64,000 bases of DNA from an uncultured Bacteroidota bacterium (GTDB lineage Bacteria > Bacteroidota > Bacteroidia > AKYH767-A > OLB10). This document shows, piece by piece, positions 9,380 to 19,085 of the stretch (its first letter is position 1; the number at the start of each line of letters is the position of its first letter). The translations under genes were made by a program, and so were the position numbers. The DNA lies in NCBI GenBank assembly GCA_900696575.1, contig CAADHD010000018.1, positions 83,725 through 147,724 of the forward strand, in the 5' to 3' direction. The notes under the pieces were generated by a model. That model saw only the letters and a program-made list of their open reading frames with translations, was not told where the DNA came from and did not search any database.

Positions 9380-11308
9380 ATGAGAAAAATTTCTACTTTC
9401 TTTATTGCCGGAATGCTGTTTTCGGCATCGGCTATTGCACAAAGCGCACAAAGCGCTTCAACGGGAAGCCGCACACCGGTTACCCCCACTAACAACCCTC
9501 AGGCATTCGGAGGTTATGTACCATCACCATCGGCAGTTATTTATTCCGATGATATGGATGCGCTTAACGACACCACCTCTCTTCAGTTGCGTGGCTACTT
9601 TACTTACTACAGGGGTACCGGAGCTCCCGGGTTAACTGCAACCTGGTTTCAGGGAAACCCCGCGGTTTTTCCGGACTACAACGGAGTACAGCCTGATGGT
9701 TATGTGGCCGCCAATTTCAATGCTGTTACCGGCACCAACACCATTGACAACTGGCTGGTGTTGCCTGATTTGAATATTGATGCAGGGGATACCATTTCGT
9801 TTTATTCTCAAGCGCCATTAAACTCCACCTACCCGGACAGTATTCGTGTGATGTTTAATGCAACAGGAGCCACCTTACCCGAAGATGCCAACTGGGTTGA
9901 GTTAGGCCGTTTTAAAGTTAACACTCTCGGAATTTGGGAAAGACAATTCTTTCTTGCTCCTGCCCCCGGCTCTAATGCACGATTTGCCATTCGTTACCGA
10001 GTTGCCGGTGGCGGACCAACAGGATTAAACAGCGATTATATAGGCATTGACCAGATTGATGTCATTGAAGGAGCAGGCGGTGGCGGATGCCCCATTCAAC
10101 ACGATTGCTGCACAGATGCTGCCGACATTAACTCTGTATTTGGCGGTGCTGTTGGTGTAAAACAAACTATAGGGCCATACAACAATGATAATGCAACAAC
10201 AGGTATAGATGATCCGGTTTCAGGATGGGCTTGTTTTGGTGAGCCTGATGGAACCGGTTCAAACCCTACTCTTGAAAACACACTATGGTTTACATTTACA
10301 GGCACAGGGGATCTTTATTTCATTGAAACAGATAATTGCGGCAGCCCCCCGGTTGCCAATTATATTGACGATGGCGATACTCAGGCAGCATTATACTCAG
10401 GAACATGTGGAAGTTTAACCCCTGTCGTTTGTAATGAAGACGGACCTCAGGCTACAGCCACTCACTATCCTGTTGGTTTTAACATTCAAACACAAGCAGG
10501 CGTGACGTATCATCTTATGATAGACGGGTTTAATTTTAATGGCGCTTTATCAACAGGGAACTTCTGCATCAGTGTTACCAAACTGCAAAGTTTTGCATGC
10601 GGCTCACCGGGCTTAACTTCGGGAACCGGTGCGGTAAATAAAAACTGCGTTAATTTTAATGATACACTTGTTGCTTCTGTTACCGGAGCGGTAATTCCAA
10701 CCCAAGGCCCTTACAATGGTTTCAGTTGGTTAGTATCTTCTGCTGATATTTCCGGCAACACTGACCCCCTGAACGATCCTTCATTCTTAGGAGGCAGCGG
10801 AATTTCTGCAGCAGCACAAAACGTGGCACTTGTTAATTCAGCAACAGGAAATCCTTTTGGTCCCGGCATTTACTACTTTACTCCTGTAGTTTACGGTAAT
10901 GCTCAGGATAACCCGAATCCTCCCAACCCTCCTGTAAACGTGTTCCATCTTATTCTTGACCCTGCATGTACATATACCGGAACATCCATGCAGGTTGAAT
11001 TAAAAGCACAAGGTCAGCTTTGCCCGACAGGTATTAATGAAATTGCTGCCAGCAACTATTCAGGCATCAATGTTTATCCTGTTCCTGTAAAAGACATAGC
11101 TTATTTTGATATCAACACAAAATCAGGCAGCGAAGCCGCCATTATGGTAAAAGATAACATTGGCCGGGTTGTTTATTCAGAAACTCAGAATGTAGGCACC
11201 GGTGTTAACCATATGAGCATTGATATGTCTTCTTATTCTACCGGTGTTTATTTTATCACCGTAAGAACCAATGAGGGCAACTTTGTATCGAAGTTCATTA
11301 AGGAATAA
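9380..11308 (+). CDS. secreted T9SS cargo protein with an N-terminal MAM/choice-of-anchor-like domain and a Por/T9SS type A C-terminal sorting domain
   Basis: Signal peptide 'MRKISTFFIAGMLFSASAIAQ'. The C-terminal approximately 80 aa, '...YFDINTKSGSEAAIMVKDNIGRVVYSE...GVYFITVRTNEGNFVSKFIKE', match the T9SS CTD pattern. Confidence 0.75.
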   Translation: MRKISTFFIAGMLFSASAIAQSAQSASTGSRTPVTPTNNPQAFGGYVPSPSAVIYSDDMDALNDTTSLQLRGYFTYYRGTGAPGLTATWFQGNPAVFPDYNGVQPDGYVAANFNAVTGTNTIDNWLVLPDLNIDAGDTISFYSQAPLNSTYPDSIRVMFNATGATLPEDANWVELGRFKVNTLGIWERQFFLAPAPGSNARFAIRYRVAGGGPTGLNSDYIGIDQIDVIEGAGGGGCPIQHDCCTDAADINSVFGGAVGVKQTIGPYNNDNATTGIDDPVSGWACFGEPDGTGSNPTLENTLWFTFTGTGDLYFIETDNCGSPPVANYIDDGDTQAALYSGTCGSLTPVVCNEDGPQATATHYPVGFNIQTQAGVTYHLMIDGFNFNGALSTGNFCISVTKLQSFACGSPGLTSGTGAVNKNCVNFNDTLVASVTGAVIPTQGPYNGFSWLVSSADISGNTDPLNDPSFLGGSGISAAAQNVALVNSATGNPFGPGIYYFTPVVYGNAQDNPNPPNPPVNVFHLILDPACTYTGTSMQVELKAQGQLCPTGINEIAASNYSGINVYPVPVKDIAYFDINTKSGSEAAIMVKDNIGRVVYSETQNVGTGVNHMSIDMSSYSTGVYFITVRTNEGNFVSKFIKE

Positions 11309-11317
11309 CATTTCTTT

Positions 11318-11352
11318 TCCGGAAAAGTCCCGCCCTCAGAAAGCGGGACTTT
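11318..11352 (+). terminator. rho-independent terminator after the T9SS cargo gene
   Basis: 'AAAGTCCCGC-cctcagaaa-GCGGGACTTT' is a 10-bp GC-rich stem, followed by a TTTCTTTT tract. Confidence 0.8.
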
Positions 11353-11413
11353 TTCTTTTGTGCCTGTACTCGTTTTGTGAATGGCCACGTTATCTTTGCC
11401 CTATAAATTTGTT

Positions 11414-11580
11414 CTGTGCTTGTTAGGTGAGGTTACTGGATGAAAAAAAGCTGCTGCCCGGAAATGTGGAGACACGCCAATGGGTAGAGCAGGCTTGGCC
11501 GGAATAAGGCTTGGCATAATGCAGCTTCCCGCGATTTGGTGCGGGATAAGTCTTCCGAAACTAAAACTAAACGAGGAGCA
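11414..11580 (+). ncRNA. M-box (ykoK-type) Mg2+ riboswitch in the mgtE 5' leader
   Basis: Near-identical matches to conserved M-box aptamer blocks: 'GUUAGGUGAGG', 'GCUGCUGCCC', 'AAAUGU', 'GAGACACGCCAAUGGGU', 'AUAAGG...UAAUGCAGCU', 'CUAAACGAGGAG'. It lies about 95 nt upstream of the mgtE ATG. TAnnTTTG promoter-like boxes ('TATCTTTG', 'TAAATTTG') sit just upstream at about 11386-11411. Confidence 0.85.
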
Positions 11581-11675
11581 TCAGGGCATGCAGAGGCTGA
11601 GCTTGTGCTTTGACTTTGCATTTGGCGTAACCTATCTGGCGCCACAGGCAAATTCTGAATCAATCTTCAAATTAC

Positions 11676-13055
11676 ATGGAGCAGGTTTTCGAAAAAGAAA
11701 CTTTAATCTCCCTGCTTAACAGCGGCAACAAAGCTGCTGTTAAATCGCAGGTGGAAAGTATTTTGCCTTCGGAGCTTGCCGAAATCATTACAGAACTTCC
11801 CGAAGGCATGCAGGTCTTTGCCTTTCGCTGCATGGATCGCGAGAAATCAGCGCAGGTTTTTGAACTGCTCGATCTGAACATTCAAAAAAACCTGCTTGAT
11901 ATTCTGCCTCACAGACAGGTGGCTCTTATTTTGAATGACATTGCTCCCGATGTTCGTACCTCAATTCTTGAATCGCTGCCGGCTGATATCATTAACAGGC
12001 ACCTCAAACTTCTTACGCAGAAAGAGCGGCTTATAGCTTTGAAACTTCTTGGTTATCCAGAGAATTCAATAGGGCGGTTGATGACCCCCGACTATATTGC
12101 CCTACAGGCTGCTTGGAAGGTGAAAGAAGTGTTTAATTTCATTCGTGAAAACGGAGAAGAAACCGAATCGCTCGATACTTTTTTTATTGTGGATGATAAG
12201 GGCCGGCTGGTAGATGATATCACCATACGTCAGCTTTTGTTGGCCGATCCTGAAAGCAAAATCGGAGAGATTGCCGATGGTAAATTTATCAGCCTGAATG
12301 TAACCGATGACCAGGAATTGGCTATTGAAGAATTTAAAACACACAACAAATCATCCTTGCCGGTAATTGATGCTTCAGGGGTTTTGTTAGGTATTGTAAC
12401 TATTGACGATGTGTTGCAGGTAGCCGAAGAAGAGGACACCGAGGACATTCAGAAGCTTGGGGGGGTTGAAGCGCTGGAAGAACCATATATTGAAGCTTCG
12501 GTAAAAACCATGATTCAGAAACGGTCTCCCTGGCTTGTGGTACTTTTTATCGGAGAACTGCTTACAGCTTCAGCAATGGCATATTTTGAACATGAAATTG
12601 CAAGAGCAGTAGTGCTGGCATTGTTTATTCCACTCATTGTTTCCAGTGGCGGAAACACCGGCTCACAGGCAGCCACACTGATAATCCGTGCTATTGCACT
12701 TGGTGAGGTAACCATACGCGACTGGTGGCGTGTTATGCGCAGAGAGATTTTATCAGGCCTGTTTTTAGGACTGATACTCGGCACGCTTGGGTTTCTGCGC
12801 ATTGCCATCTGGCAGGGAGTAAGCGGCATTTATGGCGAGCATTGGTTCATTCTCGGATTAACCATTGGGGTAACATTGGTAGGAGTGGTGCTTTGGGGAA
12901 CCCTGATTGGCTCCATGTTTCCGATCATTCTGAAAAAATTTGGTGTTGATCCTGCCACGGCCTCAGCACCATTTGTAGCAACAGCAGTTGATGTTACCGG
13001 GCTGATAATTTATTTCAGCGTGGCCGCGGTAATGCTTAAAGGGTCGTTGTTGTAA
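11676..13055 (+). CDS. mgtE: magnesium transporter MgtE
   Basis: MgtE N-domain, tandem CBS domains, and a C-terminal 5-TM MgtE channel domain. Length is 459 aa. Confidence 0.95.
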   Translation: MEQVFEKETLISLLNSGNKAAVKSQVESILPSELAEIITELPEGMQVFAFRCMDREKSAQVFELLDLNIQKNLLDILPHRQVALILNDIAPDVRTSILESLPADIINRHLKLLTQKERLIALKLLGYPENSIGRLMTPDYIALQAAWKVKEVFNFIRENGEETESLDTFFIVDDKGRLVDDITIRQLLLADPESKIGEIADGKFISLNVTDDQELAIEEFKTHNKSSLPVIDASGVLLGIVTIDDVLQVAEEEDTEDIQKLGGVEALEEPYIEASVKTMIQKRSPWLVVLFIGELLTASAMAYFEHEIARAVVLALFIPLIVSSGGNTGSQAATLIIRAIALGEVTIRDWWRVMRREILSGLFLGLILGTLGFLRIAIWQGVSGIYGEHWFILGLTIGVTLVGVVLWGTLIGSMFPIILKKFGVDPATASAPFVATAVDVTGLIIYFSVAAVMLKGSLL

Positions 13056-13069
13056 CCGGCAGGCAATTT

Positions 13070-14119
13070 TTACTTTCCTGCCAATGATTCCTTAATCTTG
13101 TTCTCTAATTCATCAGCAAGTTCGGGATTATCGAGCAGCAACTGTTTAACGGCATCACGTCCTTGTCCAAGTTTGGTGTCGCCATAGCTGAACCATGAAC
13201 CGCTTTTCTTGATCACATTGCATTCAACACCAAGGTCAACAATTTCTCCGGTTTTGCTGATGCCTTCGCCATACATGATGTCAAACTCGGCTACTTTAAA
13301 CGGAGGGGCCACTTTATTTTTAATCACCTTTACGCGGGTGCGGTTGCCGGTTATGTTTTCACCTTCTTTAATCTGACCTGTTCTGCGGATATCGAGACGT
13401 ACGGAAGCATAAAATTTAAGGGCATTCCCGCCTGTGGTTGTTTCCGGGTTACCAAACATCACCCCTATTTTTTCGCGTAATTGATTGATGAAAATACAGC
13501 AGCATCCGGTGCGGCTTATGGTAGCCGTTAGCTTGCGCAATGCCTGCGACATCAGTCTTGCGTGTAAGCCAACCTTGCTGTCGCCCATTTCCCCTTCAAT
13601 TTCACTGCGGGGGGTAAGTGCAGCAACAGAGTCAATTACTATAATGTCAATGGCCCCTGAGCGTATAAGGTTGTCTGCTATTTCCAAAGCCTGTTCGCCA
13701 TTGTCGGGTTGAGAGATTAAAAGATTTTCAATATCTACACCGAGCTTCTGAGCATAAAACCGGTCGAAAGCATGTTCGGCATCTATAAAAGCAGCTATGC
13801 CTCCGTTTTTCTGAACATTGGCAATGGCATGAATGGCAAGAGTGGTTTTGCCGGAGGATTCAGGACCATAAATTTCAATAACACGACCTTTTGGAAATCC
13901 GCCAATACCTAAGGCCATATCAAGAGTAAGCGAGCCGGTAGGTATTGCTTCAAGCGGTTCAATGGCGCTGTCGCCCATCCGCATAATGGTTCCTTTGCCA
14001 TAGGTTTTTTCAAGCTTGTCAATGGCTAATTGAAGCACTTTAAGTTTTTCTTTGTTTTCAGAAGATGTTGCCATGGTAATTAAATTATATAAGTGGTTTA
14101 AAGTTTGATTGGAATGCAA
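13070..14119 (-). CDS. recA: recombinase RecA
   Basis: '[19 protein letters not shown]', Walker A '[11 protein letters not shown]', and a RecA signature throughout. Length is 349 aa. Confidence 0.97.
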   Translation of the reverse strand: MHSNQTLNHLYNLITMATSSENKEKLKVLQLAIDKLEKTYGKGTIMRMGDSAIEPLEAIPTGSLTLDMALGIGGFPKGRVIEIYGPESSGKTTLAIHAIANVQKNGGIAAFIDAEHAFDRFYAQKLGVDIENLLISQPDNGEQALEIADNLIRSGAIDIIVIDSVAALTPRSEIEGEMGDSKVGLHARLMSQALRKLTATISRTGCCCIFINQLREKIGVMFGNPETTTGGNALKFYASVRLDIRRTGQIKEGENITGNRTRVKVIKNKVAPPFKVAEFDIMYGEGISKTGEIVDLGVECNVIKKSGSWFSYGDTKLGQGRDAVKQLLLDNPELADELENKIKESLAGK

Positions 14120-14195
14120 TCCATCGAATAATTACAAAGATGGGTAAACACAACGGAAAAACAAGTTCCGTTTAAAAAATTTACGGTGACAGTAA

Positions 14196-16907
14196 TTATT
14201 TATTTTCCGAGCGTAAAAGCAGAAAACTTTGGGCAAACTCATATTGCTTGCCATCCTGTCCTGTGGCATTTACTATGATGAAGTAAGTTCCTTCCGGAGC
14301 TTCTTTTCCGTTTTTGGTGATGCCATTCCAGCCATATCCGGTTTTGTTCCAGTCATAAATTTTTTCTCCCCAGCGGTTATAAATTTCTGCTTTAACTTCT
14401 GTAATTCCTTCTTCGGTAAAGGAGAATAGATCATTCTTGCCGTCATTATTTGGAGTAAATACATTCGGAATGCTGAAAGCGGAAGATAATTCCACTTCTA
14501 TTCTGATGATTATTGTATCAGTACATCCATCGCTGTTAGTAACAATGAGTTGTACATTATAAACTCCGGGCTCTGAAAAAGTATGCTGCGGATCGAGAAG
14601 AGAGGAGGTTGTACCATCACCGAAATTCCAGAGAAAGGTTGACCCGCCCGTGCTTTGGTTGGTGAAGTTAACAGTAAGCGGAGGAAACCCTTTGGTGGTA
14701 TCTGCGGTAGCGGCAGCAATAACATCAGGAGAAACTGTAACGGTAAGCGAGGCCGTGGAAGAACAATTTCCATTCGATCCTGTAACGGTATAGGTTGTTG
14801 TAACAGAAGGCGAGGCCACAGGCGTAGCCGAAGCAGGATTGTCCAGTCCGGTGGCGGGTGTCCAATCGTAAGTGATCGCGCCATAGGCAGTTAAAACAGT
14901 ACTTTCTCCGTTGCAAATGGTAACATCATCAGATAAGGTAAGAACCGGATAAGAAGTAACATTGACAGCATACGTAGCCGAAGCTGAACATCCTGTTACA
15001 TCGGTAACAGTAACTGTGTAAACGTTTATTCCTGCAGGGGGAGTTACAGTTACAGATGATGAATTGCTACCAATACTCCACAAATATTGATTCCCTCCTG
15101 AGCCTCCGCTGGTGCTCGAAGTAAGTGTAGTTGATTGTCCTTCACACAAGTCATTATTTCCACTGATGCTGATAAGCACTTGCGGGTTCTGAGAGATGCT
15201 TACAGTGATGGTTTCGGTGCATAATGATGCATCGGTTACGGTAACAGTATAAATTCCTGGCGAAAGACCATTAACGGTTGCGGTTGTTGCTCCGTTAGAC
15301 CATTGATAAACGTACCCCGGATTTCCACCGATAACGAATACAGAAACAGTGCCCGAAGCGGCATTGTCACACAGGGCGGGAGCTACGGATGCGGATAAAG
15401 ACATTGGTGTATAAGGATCAATGGTTACCGAAGCGGTAAGCGTACAACCAGCTCCATCAGTTACGGTTACCGTGTAGGTGCCGGGATTAAGATTGGTGGC
15501 TGTTTGGCCGTTGCCTCCTGCCGGACTCCACTGATAAGTAAACGGGCCGGTTCCTCCGTTAATATTTACGGTTGCAGTAGCCCCGGTTCCTGTACACCCT
15601 ACCGGTGTGGTTTGGGTTGTAAGTGTAAAAGTGGGAATTTCTGTTACGATAATTGTTTGCGTGTCGGAACAGCCATTTGCGTCTGTAACGGTTACCATAT
15701 AATTTCCCGCAGCAATATTGTTGGCGGTTGGGCCGGAAGACACATTTGGATTCCATTGATAAGTATAAGGTGCTGTTCCTGATGTAACATTTACCGATGC
15801 AGAGCCATTGGGTTGACCGCAGGTAGCCTGTACAGTTGATGTTGTGAAACTTACTGCAGGGAACGCACTGATGGTGTAATTGTAATTTTTTATGCAGCCA
15901 TTGCCATCCGTAATAGTGAGCGTATAAGTTCCTGCCGAGAGTCCTGTAACTGCCGAAGCAGTTGACCCATTACTCCAGGCAAAACTGAATGGTGCTGTTC
16001 CTCCGGTTACAGCGGTGGTAATGCTTCCCGAGTTAGATCCACCGCATCCAATATCAGTTACAACACTGTTATCTAAAATTTCATCGGGCTCGGTTATCAG
16101 AAAGAATACATTTTTAGTGCAGGCAAAAGCATCAGTAACTGTTACGGAGTAAATTCCTGCCCCAAGGCCCGATATGCTTTGAGTAGTAGCACCTGTACTC
16201 CATTGGTAAGTGTATGGAGGCTGGCCTCCGGCACCGGCTGCAAAAGCAGTTCCGGTAGTGTCGCCATGACATAACGGGTTGGTTGTATTTAGGGTGGGTA
16301 ATTGAACGCTGCAATTCTGCTGTATGCAATAGTTTCCCGTAACGGCTTGCGGGGTACAGCCGAATGTTCCCCAGCTTCCGGTGGTATAATCGCCATAAAC
16401 GGTTACACCAATGGTTCCATTTACTTGTGTTGGAATGGAGGCATTGGTTGAAACAGAAAAGCAAAAGTTCCATGTAAAGTTTGGACAATTGTCTCCGAAA
16501 TTATTACCGGGAATTCCATCCATTACACCGTTTGGAGAGCCTAAGGGAGTGTCATAATAAAAACCGGGACCAAAAGTTTGCCCGGTATTGGTGCTGGTGC
16601 ATGAAGTGTACCACCCCCAAATGCCTTGTCCGTCACAACTGGGCGAGGCCGAAACGGGTGCCAGGGTTGAGGCATCCCATCCGGGACCCAGATTCACCAC
16701 AATACCATGAATCCAGTTAACTCCGCCTTGCGAATAGTTGGTAATGGAAACACACACCGTAATGGTAGTGCCTGCAGGATAACAGCCCCCTGCTCCCGGT
16801 AATGGGGTTATTGTGGTTGAGGAGCTGCCAATGCAATTTTGTGAAAAGGCGTAAAACGGAAAGCAGGCAATTATCAAAAGGGCATGTAAATAAGTTTTCA
16901 TATACAA
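14196..16907 (-). CDS. large secreted SprB-repeat adhesin-like protein with a gliding-motility-associated C-terminal domain (T9SS type B CTD)
   Basis: Signal peptide, then many repeats of approximately 70-80 aa of the form '...GTYTVTVTDxxGC...YxYQWSxG' (SprB repeat). The C-terminus 'IPNVFTPNNDGKNDLF...YNRWGEKIY...GTYFIIV' is the CHU_C / type B sorting domain. Confidence 0.8.
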   Translation of the reverse strand: MYMKTYLHALLIIACFPFYAFSQNCIGSSSTTITPLPGAGGCYPAGTTITVCVSITNYSQGGVNWIHGIVVNLGPGWDASTLAPVSASPSCDGQGIWGWYTSCTSTNTGQTFGPGFYYDTPLGSPNGVMDGIPGNNFGDNCPNFTWNFCFSVSTNASIPTQVNGTIGVTVYGDYTTGSWGTFGCTPQAVTGNYCIQQNCSVQLPTLNTTNPLCHGDTTGTAFAAGAGGQPPYTYQWSTGATTQSISGLGAGIYSVTVTDAFACTKNVFFLITEPDEILDNSVVTDIGCGGSNSGSITTAVTGGTAPFSFAWSNGSTASAVTGLSAGTYTLTITDGNGCIKNYNYTISAFPAVSFTTSTVQATCGQPNGSASVNVTSGTAPYTYQWNPNVSSGPTANNIAAGNYMVTVTDANGCSDTQTIIVTEIPTFTLTTQTTPVGCTGTGATATVNINGGTGPFTYQWSPAGGNGQTATNLNPGTYTVTVTDGAGCTLTASVTIDPYTPMSLSASVAPALCDNAASGTVSVFVIGGNPGYVYQWSNGATTATVNGLSPGIYTVTVTDASLCTETITVSISQNPQVLISISGNNDLCEGQSTTLTSSTSGGSGGNQYLWSIGSNSSSVTVTPPAGINVYTVTVTDVTGCSASATYAVNVTSYPVLTLSDDVTICNGESTVLTAYGAITYDWTPATGLDNPASATPVASPSVTTTYTVTGSNGNCSSTASLTVTVSPDVIAAATADTTKGFPPLTVNFTNQSTGGSTFLWNFGDGTTSSLLDPQHTFSEPGVYNVQLIVTNSDGCTDTIIIRIEVELSSAFSIPNVFTPNNDGKNDLFSFTEEGITEVKAEIYNRWGEKIYDWNKTGYGWNGITKNGKEAPEGTYFIIVNATGQDGKQYEFAQSFLLLRSENK

Positions 16908-17013
16908 TAAATATTTTAATGCTTAAGGAAAAAGAACGGTAATCAGCATGCTGTTTAATTTCTATTGGTTGAGATGGATGGCAACACACTTTATGTGTTG
17001 CGTGAAGGTGAAT

Positions 17014-17268
17014 TTAATTCAACTGCCACCATTTCACCATGGCTGATGAAACGGTTTCGTTGCTGAACAGGCGGAGTGTATGAAGGTTTTCATCTTCAAG
17101 TTCGGCCTCTATCCATCCATTCAATCTTTCCAATTGAAGCAACAACACTGAAAGCTCTTTCAATGTCATGATAAACTCATCAGAGTTTCTGACCATACTT
17201 TGGGGTATTAAAAGGGAATGCGGTGGTGAAAGTAGCAATAACTTTTGAACCCGCAAGCAGGGGGCCAA
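17014..17268 (-). CDS. small hypothetical protein
   Basis: An 84-aa ORF, or about 60 aa if started at MVRNSDEF. There is no recognisable motif and it may not be expressed. Confidence 0.2.
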   Translation of the reverse strand: MAPCLRVQKLLLLSPPHSLLIPQSMVRNSDEFIMTLKELSVLLLQLERLNGWIEAELEDENLHTLRLFSNETVSSAMVKWWQLN

Positions 17269-17307
17269 AAAAAGTTATTAAAAATCTAAAATAAGTTGTT
17301 TAAAGCC

Positions 17308-17670
17308 TTATGGCTGGGGTTCATCGCTGCCGGATTGATGCTGCAAATCATCATAGTCTATATCAGTAAAACGGCTGCGTAATGGCTCGTTTCCGCCTTC
17401 GCCTTCAGGCTGAGGATTATCGTTTATGTATGTAATGGCTTCGGTCAGCCCGTCAATGAATTTCTGAAAATCTTCCCGGTAAAGGAAAATTTTATGCTTC
17501 TTGTAAACCGGCTTTTCTCCTTCATTACTGTGTAGCCTTTTGCTCTCTGTAATGGTTAGGTAGTACTCGTTTGCACGGGTTGACTTTACATCAAAAAAGT
17601 AAGTTCTCTTTCCTGCCCTTACTGATTTTGAAAATTTCTCAGACCGCTCATTGTGCTCATGCTCGTTCAT
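17308..17670 (-). CDS. DUF3276-like (Pur-alpha-like) nucleic-acid-binding protein
   Basis: 'KRTYFFDVKSTRANEYYLTITESKR' repeats of the PUR-like fold, common in Bacteroidota. Acidic C-terminal tail. Length is 120 aa. Confidence 0.55.
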   Translation of the reverse strand: MNEHEHNERSEKFSKSVRAGKRTYFFDVKSTRANEYYLTITESKRLHSNEGEKPVYKKHKIFLYREDFQKFIDGLTEAITYINDNPQPEGEGGNEPLRSRFTDIDYDDLQHQSGSDEPQP

Positions 17671-17746
17671 ATCCGATATGCTCTATGTGTTCGCCAAAAG
17701 TAAAAAAATTCAATTACCAACAAACCGGGCATTTTTATGAAACATA

Positions 17747-18991
17747 TTATTTAAGTTCAGACAAAGCCGACTCTAATCTGTTCATAATTTGAGGTACATC
17801 CATAGCCCCGCGGCAGGTGCCAACCGATAATCGGTACCAGGGAGAATCATGCGAAGATCCGAAAGCCGAGAAAGGAACTATGGCCAAACCTGCTTTATTA
17901 AGTAAATAAGAGGTAACATCAACCTGATCTTTCAGTAAAAGGCCATCTGTTGTTTTTAATCTTTTCAAATCAAACTTAACAGTAAGGTAAATGGCCGCCT
18001 GCGGGGCAATACATTCCACAGAATAACCTCTGGATTTTAATTCCTGAAAAGCTTTATAAAAAGCTTGCAGACGAGAATCAATTTCAGTGCGGAAATGATT
18101 CAGAAAGCTGTCTACGGCAGCATCGTCATTCACAAAATGAGTAACGGCTATTTGCTCTGCTTTGGGAGCCCATGCCCCTACATGAGAAAGAATAGCAGCC
18201 ATGCGGCTGATAATTTCTTTAGGGCCAAATGCCCACCCGACCCGTACACCGGTAGCAGCGAATGATTTGGAAATACCGTCAACAAACAAAGTGTAAGGTC
18301 TCATTTCGGGAAACAGCGAAACCGGATCATAATGATGAGTGCCTGAAAAAAGCAAAGAGCTGTACACCTGATCATACATGATGTATAAAGGCTTTGATTT
18401 TCCCTTACGCTTTTCGTTTTCATTCAACACCAGCTCGCAAATTCCGCTCAATTGTTCCCTGCCGAAAACTGTTCCTGTCGGATTAAGAGGTGAGCACAGG
18501 GCAATCAAGGTGGCATTACTAATGTGAGGTTTTAGTTGTGAAGCATCGGGCATAAAAAACTTATCGGCTGTGGTTTCAACCATTACCCCTTTGGCAAGGG
18601 TAAGATGGCAGTAGTGATTGTTGTTCCACGAAGGAACCGGATAAATAACCGTATCGCCCGGGTCTATCAGCGTTTTATAAATACCATAGATGGCAGGACG
18701 CGCACCCCCTGTTATTAAAACTTCATCGGCAGAATAATCCAGTTTCTGCGACCGGTTAATGAACCGGCTTACAGCCTTTCGGAGATCGGGCATACCGTTG
18801 GCAACAGGGTAGTTGGTTTGTCCCTGTTTATACGCTTCAAGTATCCGTTGTGCTAAACGTTCAGGAATAGGGAAAACGGCAGGATCAAAATCGCCAATGG
18901 TAAAGTTGCTGATTTTTTCGCCCTTGCGGATTAACTCGTTCACCTCATTGGCTAACTTGATTATTTCAGAACCGATAAGATTTTCGGCCAT
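17747..18991 (-). CDS. pyridoxal-phosphate-dependent aminotransferase (class I/II fold)
   Basis: AAT-family layout with 'NPTGTV', a 'SKSFAATGVRVGW' Lys-containing PLP site and 'LSVG' near the C-terminus. The start could alternatively be the GTG/ATG at 19036. Confidence 0.8.
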   Translation of the reverse strand: MAENLIGSEIIKLANEVNELIRKGEKISNFTIGDFDPAVFPIPERLAQRILEAYKQGQTNYPVANGMPDLRKAVSRFINRSQKLDYSADEVLITGGARPAIYGIYKTLIDPGDTVIYPVPSWNNNHYCHLTLAKGVMVETTADKFFMPDASQLKPHISNATLIALCSPLNPTGTVFGREQLSGICELVLNENEKRKGKSKPLYIMYDQVYSSLLFSGTHHYDPVSLFPEMRPYTLFVDGISKSFAATGVRVGWAFGPKEIISRMAAILSHVGAWAPKAEQIAVTHFVNDDAAVDSFLNHFRTEIDSRLQAFYKAFQELKSRGYSVECIAPQAAIYLTVKFDLKRLKTTDGLLLKDQVDVTSYLLNKAGLAIVPFSAFGSSHDSPWYRLSVGTCRGAMDVPQIMNRLESALSELK

Positions 18992-19085
18992 GGTTGAAAT
19001 GCCGGAAACAGCAACCTCGTCAGTAAGCATACCCATTCATAATTTAACCCCACAAACCTACATGTTTTTTTTAATGTGAAAGCGA

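Noticed and set aside
14229-16989. Numerous short ORFs on both strands overlapping the 903-aa SprB-repeat gene, and similar ones inside the 45878..49480 and 51358..55857 genes
   Set aside because: They are embedded in long, well-supported ORFs with consistent repeat structure. They are Thr/Gly/Ser codon-driven artefacts.
16908-17307. Possible sRNA or regulatory element between the SprB-repeat gene and the DUF3276 gene
   Set aside because: Only weak hairpins and an 84-aa ORF of doubtful coding character are present. Nothing matched a structured RNA I recognise.
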